A stretch of 44,917 nt of DNA, the filler included, from Catajapyx aquilonaris (Eukaryota), in the NCBI GenBank assembly GCA_000934665.2. It is 2 parts of 2 records of this genome, joined end to end, with 100 filler letters (N's around TTAATTAATTAA, not from the genome) between each part and the next. Parts side by side here need not be neighbours in the genome. Positions count along the whole stretch, not along the records: positions 1 to 22,402 come from JYFJ02005871.1; 1 more part is not named here. One strand, 5' to 3'. This document shows positions 1-10,385 of this stretch, piece by piece. The notes below the pieces were generated by a model. The model ran no database searches. It was not told the origin of the DNA and saw nothing but the letters and a program-made list of their open reading frames with translations. The stretch's first letter is position 1. Each line of letters starts with the position of its first letter. Both the position numbers and the translations under genes were made by a program.

Positions 1-285
1 GTGGAACTGTGATATTTTGAACATAGATCCGCACCATCCTACTGCATCTTCGGCCCGTTGAAGAAGGAACCGAATTCAGAATAGTTATTGAGCAAAACAA
101 TTGAGACGTATTTTTTGGTGGTTGTAAATTTTTTGCGGCGTTTTGAAGAGGAATTAAGTAAAAGTGTAAATGGTAGGAAATCAAGTCACGACGGTGGGGA
201 TCTGTGTTCAAAATTTGGAAGCTCTAACTGCAGCAGAACTTGAGTTAGGGCGAATAAAAAAAAACGTAACAAGAAGAAGAACAAG

Positions 286-317
<32 letters not shown>

Positions 318-390
318 GGAAAAATTCATTGTTGAAACATTGTTGAAATCTATGCTACGGTCTTACTTAAGGGCTATCGCCCTTAAAATA
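1..390. mobile_element. End of a non-autonomous Helentron/HINE (DINE-1-like) element: (GAA)n tract followed by a terminal hairpin
   Basis: (GAA)n at ~271-315, then a perfect 8-bp-stem hairpin TTAAGGGC-TATC-GCCCTTAA at 367-386. A microsatellite plus subterminal hairpin is the HINE layout. The other end lies outside the window. Confidence 0.45.
271..315 (+). repeat. (GAA)n microsatellite, one interruption
   Basis: Read directly from the sequence. Confidence 0.95.
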
Positions 391-2454
391 ACAAAGAGCG
401 GTTCCAGGAATATTATCCCTTAGGGGCGGTTGTTAGCAACAAGCTCTATTAATTATTATAAATATCAGTAATACCAGAGAATCCTTACTTTCACATGAGT
501 GATCATAAGCTTAATTCATTCTCTGATACTTGTCACCTTCGCTAATGTTGCCGAAATATGTTCGCGCTGAACAATGCCGTTAGAATAGGAAATCATTAAG
601 CACCTTTAACACGTGAATTGTCTCAACCATTATTAACACCACACATTAAAGATTGCTACACGACTTGGATCTCCGATAATAAAGGGGAAGAGATACCCCA
701 TGCCTACTGTTATGACTCCAACACACATTTTGAGAGACAGTATGAGCAGCTTATGGTGCCCATCCCTTCGATGGTCACCACATATAAATACAAAAATTGG
801 CCATGTAAGGAAGGTCAACAAGCCCAACACTGCCAGCAGGCGCAAATCGATGATAGGCAAGCTCGTAATGATGACTTGACTGCACCATTGGTAATAATAC
901 AGCAACGTCTGTTACAAATCTTTTGCAGTTTCAGTAGACTACAAGTTATTGCAATGTCTTCCGAGAATACTTCTTGACAATATCAATGCTTGATACCAGG
1001 GTCTTATTAATACAGGAAGTAAATCTTTCTTAGATTCTCTTCAGGTCAAATTTGAAAATATACACATGGACAGTACATCCGAAGAATTAATAATAAAATA
1101 TCTTACCCATATAGGCTACAGAAAAAATGCCCAAAGAATCAGTAAGTACAAATTTACAATTGATGTATGTTGGAAAGTGCTAAATATAGGGTATCCTCAC
1201 CACTTGAAACGGTTTACACATTGCTACGTATTATTGACAAACTGCTTGTAGCTGGTGTACTTTTCTGTAAATGATGTAAATACTTGCATTTGCCTCACAC
1301 AGGGCCATTATCTTCTTTACAGAAGTGGTACATACCGTAAAGTAAAGTGAAATTACTACGAAATACGAACTGCGTATTTTATTTGATGAAGTCAAATAAG
1401 AATGAGGTCCAGCATACAATCGAAAATAATTATAACGTTTTAAACAGCCATGAAGACGACAGAAGAGAGGCTGGAAACAAATGACCATGACCAAGTCCTA
1501 AAGTGAGGACGAAATTCAAGATCCGAATGAATTCACTGCGAATGAGAAACTCTACATCTACAAGGTGAGGCTATGACAAGGTGCTGTCGGCGATGGCCAT
1601 CTGATAAGATATCTAGGGTCATGGGAAATCGAAAACGGAAATAGCTTTTTTGGCAGGACTGCATGAATAACTGTGCCTGAAACTCGATACCTTGGTAAAT
1701 GTGGAATTAAGTACTATGTATACCAAGTCATTGTCGTGCTATTACGTGATAAAACACTGACATTGAAAACCCTTGAAAATGAATTTATTAATAAGCGAGT
1801 CATCAAAATACAGTGTAATTGTCTTAATAAACCTAGAAATCACATTTCTATATAATTATGATGAATCATAAATCATAGGGCGTGGTCAGTCTTCATGTTA
1901 TTATTGCATTGACACCAACCAGTCCATTCACACTAGAGTAGTGCTATATGAAGTGACGAAATAAATACTTCAATGCAGTACACGTCATTATCGCTTATTA
2001 TTATCATTACCATCTCTGATGATTCACACAGACACACCGGGATAGAATATTGAGCAAGAAACCACCACCGTCTATTATGAAGACATGTCTAGACGCCAGG
2101 TATTTCGGATTCCAGTTGATTCTGGCAACTGTACTTCAAAACCCTGGAAATCCCATCCATGGAGTTTTTTTCTGGGCCGACTATAACAACACTCTTGGCA
2201 TCACTCTTGTGATTCGAATTTACCTTCTTCGCATTAACCCCTGCAACTCCCTGCAACACCATTTAGGTTTTCCAGTTCTCTGAATGCACGGTACTGATCA
2301 TCATATCAAAAAGCGGAAATTAATGATGGGTTTCTAGTAGAAAACAAGAGTGTAATGTAAGGGCCACAACAATAGCAGCATAACATTTTCCTATACACAA
2401 TTCCCTGTGATGAAGAAGACACGAACCTTAATAATTGACAAGCTTCAACTGGCA

Positions 2455-2762
2455 TGATACACTGTGCTATAACAATAATACTGGATAAAAATTGGACTTG
2501 TCAAATGTGATAACAACATGCGTGTCACATTGCAGCTAGTCCTGACCTCATACAAAATACAAACAGCGCCCCAGTTCAGGATTATCATGACCTGGGCACC
2601 ATCAATGAGCACGCAGTGAGACCTACACGAGAACAACAAGCCAACATGATTGACCAAGCTTCCAGACACTCATGCAATGGACATAGGAAGCAAGAGCAAC
2701 ACCAGATCCTTAGTTCTGATACCTCGACACACTCAAGGAACAGCCAGGGCATAAGTATTTCC
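2455..2762 (+). repeat. Recurring module P, copy 1 (paralogue at ~16697-17025)
   Basis: Shared blocks GCTATAACAATAATACTG, GAGCACGCAGTGAGAC, AAGCTTCCAGACACTCAT and ATAAGTATTTC. Confidence 0.85.
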
Positions 2763-3465
2763 CGCGTAATGTTCAGAAGAAACATGGACGTCTTGGGAGG
2801 CCTCGTCAACGGAGCCATGGGCACCGTCAGAGACTTCAAGCGTAACAACCATGGGCGCATCGTGTCAGTCATCATCAATTTTGACAGCCGTCCTTCGGAG
2901 GAGAAGTCCGTCGAGAGGTGCAGCGTCAAATTTGAAATTGGAGATAACATTTATGTGGAAAGGAAACAGTTCCCACTAGTACTTGCATAAGCCATTACTA
3001 TACACAAGTCACAAGGCCTGACCCTCGAGTCAGCAGTGGTCGACCTCAGTGAAGCTGTGTTTGCGAGTGGGCTTACGTGGCACTATCACATGTGAAGAAG
3101 CTAGTAACCCTGGATTTTACACCTGGATTCAAAGGGCATCGAGGCCGACAGAAGCTGCATCCTAGAGTATAACCGTCTCCGAGGAACTCGCTCCACACCT
3201 CCCCTTCCTGTACCGACCTTGAAGCGTCGCATTGTTGCACCTTCTGTTAGCAGTGACACCAAGATTCGTGGGTTCGCAAATCCTGGCCCGAATAAAGTGT
3301 CCTGCTACGCAAACGCTGCGTTTGACTGTCTTTTCGCGCAAGCGAACTTTCGAATGCAACTCCGCTTACAATTCCCATAATGCCTTTACTTGCTTCAGAA
3401 TATTGACAAATCTTAAATTCCAGTCCTTGTGACCCCAAATCCTTCCTGAGGAGCCTGCCTGCCTG
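2763..3465 (+). pseudogene. Helitron/Helentron RepHel fragment: Pif1-family helicase C-terminus running into a USP (peptidase C19)-like Cys-box
   Basis: Reads RVMFRRNMDVLGGLVNGAMGTV...ERKQFPLVLA*AITIHKSQGLTLESAVVDLSEAVFASG/(frameshift)YVALSHVK...ILEYNRLR...KIRGFANPGPNKVSCYANAAFDCLF. Pif1 motifs (QFPL.LA[WY]AITIHKSQG.TL, YVALSRV) are clear. Stop at 2988-2990 and frameshifts at ~3070-3115. Confidence 0.9.
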
Positions 3466-3745
3466 CCCTGATATAATACGCAATACACAGTATACTGAGT
3501 TTGTGTTTGAAATAATATATTCACCAAAAGATAACCATCTGACCAATGCCGACAAGGGCATCAATGGAAGCAGCCATTGTGTGAAGCTTATAAATGGTGA
3601 GGGTGTCCAGTTGAAAAAAGAGCCAGACGAACACGAGGATACCAGTAATCTAGTGACTTCGGAAACATTGCTTCAACACATCCTCGCATACAACGGTCGC
3701 AGTACTTCCAACACCAAGTGCAGGTACAATAAATTCCATACGAAT
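3466..3745 (+). repeat. Recurring module Q, copy 1 (paralogue at ~17033-17310)
   Basis: Shared CTGATATAATAC, GAGTTTGTGTTTGAAAT, CCATCTGACCA and TGCTTCAACACATCCTCGCATACAA. Confidence 0.85.
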
Positions 3746-4084
3746 GATGCTGCAGTTAGATTGGCCATCATTAATTTTATCATTTGTTGTAAGTTAATTA
3801 TCATTTCCCTTGTGAAATGTACTCAGCATTGACAGCCTTGTACGGTGGCGGTGGAGGATTTTCCTTCCAACAATATGAAGGTGTCAGCAGGACGAGGGTA
3901 GAAACTATCGACTGTGTGAGTCGCTAAGAGTGGTCGCTACCACGTCTTCAAAGAACTGACGCGACACATTTCTTGTTTCTTGTTTCTTTCTTGTTTTCCA
4001 CCCCAAGCATCGCCTAACAAGCGTCCATACCATGACGATATTGAAGTCGAAGAGTCTGGAGGAAGTGTGATACACACTTGGACG

Positions 4085-4490
4085 CGATTAAATAATTAAC
4101 AGTAGAGTATGTTTCAACTTTTTTTAAAAAAATGTTACTCCTGGTCCATATGATTCCATCCGACTAAACGAAAGTAACCAGAGATCAGCAGCAATAGTCA
4201 TACTGATAAGCCCATTTGCGATTAGGAATGGAAGCTCCTTGGTTAAAAGATAAGCGCAGAATGTGATGACATGACAGCAAGAAGAATTAAGAGAAGAGCC
4301 TGCTTCAACATATACAACTAAGAGCAGACGAGTGCCACATGGAAAGTTCTCCCATGATCACAGTGAAACATTGCAAAACTGGCCGACATAATTTCAACTG
4401 TGCTTGAAAATGAAACAATTTTACGTGAACACGTCCAATGAATTTAATGCGTCAGAAGTTGACACTCCATTGTTAAAAGGTGAAAGAAAT
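4085..4490 (+). repeat. Partial module A followed by start of module B
   Basis: GGAAGCTCCTTGGTTAAAAGATAAGCGCAGAAT (cf. ~8700-8735, ~15212-15235); TCAGAAGTTGACACTCCATTGTTAAAAG (cf. ~8901-8928). Confidence 0.75.
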
Positions 4491-4504
4491 ACTAATTAAA
4501 ACTA

Positions 4505-4610
4505 ATTTACACAGCCAGCATTAATGACAATCACATGGGTGTCCAGAACAGTTGAGAGACGCAGCTAAGTCTCATTGGAGATGGTAGCCGTGAATGTGAA
4601 ACAGTCTGCT
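4505..4610 (+). repeat. Recurring module E, copy 1 (paralogue ~19998-20091)
   Basis: ATTTACACAGCCA...TAAGTCTCA...GTAGCYGTGAATGTGAAACA in both copies. Confidence 0.75.
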
Positions 4611-4699
4611 TAACATTTAACCATCCGAGACTTGTTCACTAATAACGCAGCATAATCAGGATCTAAATAATTTAAATGTTCCTTGACTTTAACAGTGAA

Positions 4700-5092
4700 T
4701 AGTTGTCGCTGAAGTGTCGCCTGCTACTTATGGATATTTCTTAGGACCTGTTGCTGTGAAGATCTGTTATTGATATGGGAAAAGTGTCTTAAGAAAAATT
4801 GGATGAACACGACAGATGTTTCAGAAAATGTTTCAGAAAATTCAGCAGCTCTTGCAAACATGGAAGGTCAAGGACAGAAGGTCGGGACTATAGCTGTGAA
4901 AAAATAAATTATAAGGGCCAGGAGTGGCAGCGACCCCGTGTGGACGCTGCAAGCCAGAAGTGGTATGTCCTCGAAGTTCATTGCAAAAATTTCACTTACT
5001 TATATCAGTGAAACATATTCATCAAAAGTATTGAATAACAAAGGCCAAACAAAGTTTCAAACTCCTATTGCAGATGCTAGGATCAAGAAAAC
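4700..5092 (+). repeat. Recurring module D (paralogue ~21010-21365) followed by short module J (paralogue ~19885-19932)
   Basis: ACCTGTTGCTGTGAAGATCTGTTATTGA is identical in both copies; also GCCAGGAGTGGCAG, GGACGCTGCAA, ATATCAGTGAAACA. Module J is CCAAACAAAGTTT..AACTCCT..TGCA..TGCTAGGA.CAAGAAAAC. Confidence 0.85.
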
Positions 5093-5254
5093 CTTCATCG
5101 CGTGCAGCCTTTAGAGATGGTCGAGAATGTGATAAGCAGGGGACAGAGAGCCAGGGACTTTCGAGATAATCCCAATATAATAATGTCCATCACAATGAGA
5201 TAATAACTGTACGCCTGTACCTATGAGAAAGCAGAGAATCATAATTACGTATTT

Positions 5255-5500
5255 CAAAACTGGCCGACATAATTAATTTTCAACTCTTCTTGAAAACTAA
5301 AATTGCCCAGATCAAAGAAGTTACATTGAATAATTCCGTCATTTATTACGGTACTCACAAAAGAGCAGTTAATTAATACTCATTGCAAAAATTACATGCA
5401 CTTATTTGCAAGTGATTTGGGAAAGTGCCCCAATCCAACTAGGATTTGGTTGATGCTTGAACTCTACAAGATGAAGCGTCCCGCAGCTACGAATGAATTG
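5255..5500 (+). repeat. Recurring module C, copy 1 (paralogues ~14430-14681, ~20222-20380)
   Basis: AATAATTCCGTCATTTATTACGGTACTCACAAAA, GCACTTATTTGCAAGTGATT and AGGATTTGGTTGATGCTTGAA shared. Confidence 0.9.
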
Positions 5501-5689
5501 ACTCGTCCACTGATATCTAAGTAACCAGTACGACGAAGCAGGGGATAGATAAGAAAGAGATGAAGTGATATACGGACGAATTGGAAGTGTCCATTACTGA
5601 GAATTCCCTGGGAAGTGATAGAGGAAGATTCATGAGGACAATAAAAGTCAAAAAGACATCCTCTGCAACAGACAAAACCGCCAGAACCA

Positions 5690-6055
5690 CTCATACATAT
5701 GAAAAGGACTAAGTGACACGTCGTGGAGGCTTTGGAATAGCATTTCCGCCTTGCACCATTTTTAAACGCTATTTACTTTGGATAAATATTGTAACGCACA
5801 GATAAATGCAAACCCCTCATCAAAAGTAAGTAACGAATGCCGCTGATGTAGGTACAAGAACTTTTCTTTTGGCTAATCAACAACCGACGACATAAAGGAC
5901 ACGTTAGACAAGTGACCATGACAGTGACGCAAAAAGAAAGCTACTTTCGAGAGTTGATTTCAACATTTCAAAAATAAATTATTGCTTCATAGCATTCATA
6001 ACACTCTACAATACTAACCAGCATAACAGATCAGTATTGACCAACACGCTGACAA
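5690..6055 (+). repeat. Recurring module A (other copies ~8310-8690, ~9243-9430, ~14840-15200, partial ~4085-4210)
   Basis: AAGTGACA...TTTGGAATA...CCGCTGA...AACAACCGACGACAT...GCTACT...TTTCAACATTTCAAA...CAGATCAG shared. Confidence 0.9.
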
Positions 6056-6170
6056 TCGGACCAAGTGTACTATCGGGTTCAAATACTTTTGGTCACCTTA
6101 TCCTGGTCTTGAAGCAACCCTTCGCACAGACCCCAGTCACATAAACAGTCCACATTTCAACAATAATTAC

Positions 6171-6775
6171 ATCAGTGAGATAGTAGTGGCTCTAGATCCT
6201 GTTTCCGCATCCAGATTTATTGATAACTACTTCAAGGGCATGCTGGAGTTCATAATGTCTAAAGACGAGCCATTAGGACCAGTTGAACATTACTTTTGGA
6301 GACGAGAGTACCAGTCTTGAGGAGCACAACACTTTCGTCTCATGTTGTGCGTCAAAGGCGCTCCTATTATAGGAACATCCTCAACGGAAGATGTAGCATC
6401 TTTCATTTCTAAATACGCCACTTGTCATATTCCAAAAAAGAGTCATGTCCGACTCTACACGAACGAGTCAAGAAATACAACAGCTAAAGTAATTGAAATC
6501 AGCTCCAGAATAACAGCAGTACTTTTCCCGGCCAACACGAAATGTCAGACTCACTGACATAACAGCTACTGCTTGCGGAACAAGAAAACAGCTCAATGTT
6601 TTATCAAAGTTTGTCGCTTACGATTCCCTAGGCCCGTACCCGATCAGATGGTCATAATAAGAGAAATCACAGAGTCAACATCCGCTAGGAAAACACTGTC
6701 ATCAAACAGCAGATCGTATAACATAAGAAGATCCAAAGAGGAAGCCTTCATTAACGACCACAACCCTGCAGGAAT
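6171..6775 (+). pseudogene. Helitron/Helentron Rep (HUH endonuclease) fragment
   Basis: Reads DPVSASRFIDNYFKGMLEFIMSKDEPLGPVEHYFWRREYQS*GAQHFRLMLCVKGAP...FISKYATCHIP.../PTLHERVKKY/[67-nt insert 6479-6545]QTH*HNSYCLRNKK...CRLRFPRP...RSKEEAFINDHNP. Matches Helitron Rep motifs E[FY]Q.RG..H.H.L.W, Q.H.H...C, CR..FP and IN.YNP. Stops at 6318-6320 and 6555-6557. Confidence 0.9.
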
Positions 6776-6998
6776 CTCAACTCTCCTTCACATAGTCAAG
6801 CACCAGGAAGTGAGACTCACATTCAGATGAGCACCAGCGACAAGGATACATAGAGTTCAAATTCATCTCAACGTCTTTGTCTGACACAGTACATATTAAT
6901 AGGCCATTTACATGCTTACTAGGTACTCTTCATCTATGATTATTCGAACTTGGACTACTGCCATTTTTCCATCGGATTTGGATAGGTGATCTCCAAAT

Positions 6999-7353
6999 CA
7001 GGGAGCATATACTACATAAGAGGCCCAAACTTCTGTCGGCGCCTTTGATGTTCGCGTCTCTCTGTTTATAGGGCGTTGCCAAGGCTGGCGGCCATTTTGA
7101 AGTGTGTGGAACGCCAACGAGGTATAAATAGGGTACTGGCAAAAATAGGGTCCACCATCTTTGATGGTTTTGGCGGCCATGGCAACTATACACGGCAAGA
7201 ACACGCGCGAATCAAAGATGGCGGACCCTATTTTTGCCTGTACCATATTTATACCTCTTTGGCGTTCCACACACTTCAAAATGGCCGCCAGCCTTGGCAA
7301 CGCCATAAACAGAGAGACGCGGAAATCGAGTGTTATGCCTCTTATGCTCCCTG
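6999..7353. mobile_element. Fold-back MITE with CAGGG...CCCTG termini (possibly P-element-like)
   Basis: Inner inverted arms 7053-7165 / 7211-7321; outer termini CAGGGAGCATA / TATGCTCCCTG; flanks TCCAAAT / TCCAAAG (6 of 7 match, possible TSD). Confidence 0.8.
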
Positions 7354-7795
7354 TCCAAAGACTGTTATAAAGAGTATTAACAACAAAGTACAACAAACAC
7401 GACAGCCATGCTTGGTATACCAGAGTAGACATGACTGTGTGCTTTTCCGACTTGCGGAAAGGGCCGCTGTCTGGGAGAAGCGAAGTGTTCTTAAACCACC
7501 CCCTACCACTGGGAATTTCCAAATGAAACTATTGCAAGGGTTAGGTAAAGGAAAACTGAACAACAAACCTACATTAACTCTGAAATGCAAACGATGCAAA
7601 AATTTAATAAGGGGATCATTGGGGACTGATCAAATCAAAATCAGGTATTTTATTGAGCAATGAACGTGCTCTTGCAAGTATGCTAATAAACATTACGGAC
7701 CAAGTCGTATAATAAAATTCAGATAAAAATTTTGTCAACTATTCCCCGGCATATCAATGATACCGGGAATCCACCATACTCCTAATCTCCACCCA

Positions 7796-7838
7796 AACAT
7801 ATTCGGAACATATTTGGAAACATATTTAGAAATATTCT
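7796..7838 (+). repeat. Short degenerate tandem repeat of an AAACATATTYGG-like unit, 3-4 copies
   Basis: AAACATATTCGG AACATATTTGG AAACATATTTAG AAATATTC read directly. Confidence 0.7.
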
Positions 7839-8309
7839 AAGACACATAAAAAAATCACATACATGCAATTCTGAATAACAATAAGTAGATCACAATAGAT
7901 CAATAGTGAGCAAATAAACGGACAAGGTGTATCAAAATGAAAGGGGACTGTGTTCGCCTTCGTGTTGTATTTCATAGAAAAACTCATTCCTTTCCGAACA
8001 CTTCGTATATTCATGAATGCAATAATTATTGGATTGCACTCCAGAAACGAACTAAACAACTCGCTCTTTCAGGTGTCCCAGCCCGCTCCACCCCGACCAA
8101 GGTGAGTTCAAGAAGTAGAACTACAACCTCAGCTGCTCGGCCATCTAGAAGAGTTGCTCTCAGGAAACTTGTCTGGAAGTACAAGTCCCAGGAAGACAAT
8201 TGTTCAATTTAAAGTTGCAAATGCAAGGCCCCTGCTGCTGATGCTCCACTTTCGAAACCCCCGTGATAATCACACAACCAGACTTTCAGAAGAAAATATT
8301 TTCTGACAA

Positions 8310-9228
8310 CTTATATTCATAAAAAGGACGAAGTGACAGGTATAACCTACTCTTTGGAATAAATATTATTTCCCTGCGCCATTTTCATACATGATGTGAA
8401 GTACTTTGGAGAAATTGTAAGGCACAGGTAAGTGCAAACCTGGAGATTTAAGTAAGCAATGCCGCTGAGGTCGATACAAGAATTTGTCGTTGGATAATAA
8501 TCAACGAGGCCCGACATAAAACATACGCTACACAAGTACACAAAGAGTTACGCAAGAACGAAGAGCTACTATTTCGAGTTAGGTTTCAATATTTCAAACA
8601 TATTGCTCATTTTCCACATCATTGATTCCATCACACTCAATAAAAATAACCACCAGATCAGCAATAGTTAACATCGACATGTCCTCTTGATATTTGGAAC
8701 GAAAGCTGCTTGGTTAAAAAGATAAGCGCAGAATACACGATGGCAAGAAGAATTAAAACACTGTATTAAAATTTCATTTCATATGTAACCAGAAACACCA
8801 GGGTGGCCATATGTGTTTTCACTCCTTGATTCACACTTTGCTTGAAATTGAAAAATTTCTCAGGCAGACGTCCGATGAATATTACAAATATCTTAATGAA
8901 TCAGAAGTTGACATTCCATTGTTAAAAGTTGAAAGTGGTGTGCACCACACAACGGAAAAACTTTTTTTGTGCATCTCAGTCCACATTGCAAACCATTCGA
9001 GGGAACTAAATTAAATACAAAAAATACCGGTATAATGTTATATCTAAACTTGGGAAAATTAATATTTCAGACCTTATAGCACAGTACCGGTCAACCTGTT
9101 CAACTTCTGTTTAAAATCACACGTCCAGACACAAACCAATTGACATCTGGACAAGACGTCCCTCCACCTGAGCAAACCTTTATGTGGCGCAGCAACGTAG
9201 TTACCACACCATGTAATTCCTAGATTAT
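8310..9228 (+). repeat. Longest continuous module A+B copy
   Basis: Module A blocks as above, then TTCTCAGGCAGACG, CACCACACAACGG, CAGACACAAACCAATT and GTTACCACACCA (cf. 9925-10330). Confidence 0.85.
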
Positions 9229-9242
9229 TAGGAGATTAGGCC

Positions 9243-9430
9243 AATAATAATCAACAACGGACGACATAAAACGCATGTCTACCCACATGACGAATTATTA
9301 CACAAGAAGGAAGCTACTTTGTAAAAAAAGGTTTCAACATTTCAAAAAAAAGTGCTCTTCCCCATATTGATTTCATCAGATTAAACAAAAGTAACCTCCA
9401 TTTCATCAATAGTCAACACTGAGAAGTCCT
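9243..9430 (+). repeat. Partial module A copy
   Basis: ATAATAATCAACAACGGACGACATAAAAC...GAAGCTACT...GGTTTCAACATTTCAAA...CAATAGTCAACAC. Confidence 0.8.
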
Positions 9431-9904
9431 GGTTAGTTTTGCCTTACTTCCCCTCACAGGGATGTCGCCACCTCCCCAGGGGAGGAGGAGAAAAGCCAAG
9501 GGGAAAACGGGGAGAGTGGAACAAGTGATTCCAAGTAATAATGAAAGATGAGGAACATGGATAGATTCTTTCGCCGTATACAATAAGATCATTTCGTATC
9601 AAGAAAAATGCAAGCAGAAACATCTATGGGGCGCTAGTTGCTCTCGGTTCCCTGTCTCAACGTCTGGTGAGGAATGTAGGACTTTCTTCTCATCTCCTTG
9701 GTATGAGGGATGATTGCAATAAAGGTTTACCATGGCTTCCAGCAATAAAATCTGTCATTGGAAAAGTGATTACGTAGCTCAACTGAAGAGCAAAGGGATT
9801 CAACAAAAGTCACTGACGATGAATTTATTAATAAATGGAGTACGCATGTACCTAACATAACATAGAGAACCTAACCACTTAGATAGGGACTTCAAGGGTC
9901 CTCC

Positions 9905-10385
9905 CGGCCAATGTGCCTTATCACTACACAACTGCCCAACATCATTTCAACTCCGCTTGAAAATAAAAAAATTCTCAGGCAGACGTTAAGTCCGATGAAT
10001 TTAACGCGTCATGATATTGACATTCTATTCGTTAACGTTGAAAAGGGTGTTCACCACACAACGGGAAAAAAAGCTTTTTTGTGTGTGCATGTCAATCCGC
10101 TTGTAAACAATTCCATGGAATTACATCAAATACAAATATATAAGTTATAAGTTATTTCTCAACTTTCGAAATAAGGGTAATCTTTTAGAGCTTTCAGTGC
10201 ATGTCAACCTGATGCAGAGGTCTACAATCACACATACAGACACAAACCAATTAACATCAGGACAAGAGGTCCATCCACCTGTGTAGATTTATATGTGGCT
10301 CAGCCACTATGTTACCACACCAAGTAATTCATAAACTTTTGTAAACGTTCCTAAAAATTACGTCATGAATGCCGCTGAGGCCAAC
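9905..10385 (+). repeat. Module B copy ending in the AATGCCGCTGAGG motif of module A
   Basis: Collinear with ~8830-9225; a third partial copy lies at ~19640-19875. Confidence 0.85.

Noticed and set aside
2616..2762. N-terminal part of ORF 2616-2990 as part of the helicase
   Set aside because: It is module P sequence, also present at ~16885-17025 without the helicase; helicase similarity starts near 2763.
7435..7560. Possible THAP-like motif (CAFPTC...WEFP) beside the P-like MITE
   Set aside because: In-frame stops and no conserved W or C-x-x-H continuation; too weak.
6930..7663. Long overlapping ORFs (195 aa on +, 174 aa on -) sharing PRLAAILKCVERQRGIN
   Set aside because: Artefact of the fold-back MITE, which gives the same sequence on both strands; no protein family recognised.
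8811..10150. Paralogous small ORFs (GVHHTT) in module B, and MFEIIYSPK ORFs at 3503 and 17065 in module Q
   Set aside because: The similarity follows from DNA-level repetition. Copies contain non-triplet indels and the frame is lost in other copies, so there is no evidence of coding constraint.
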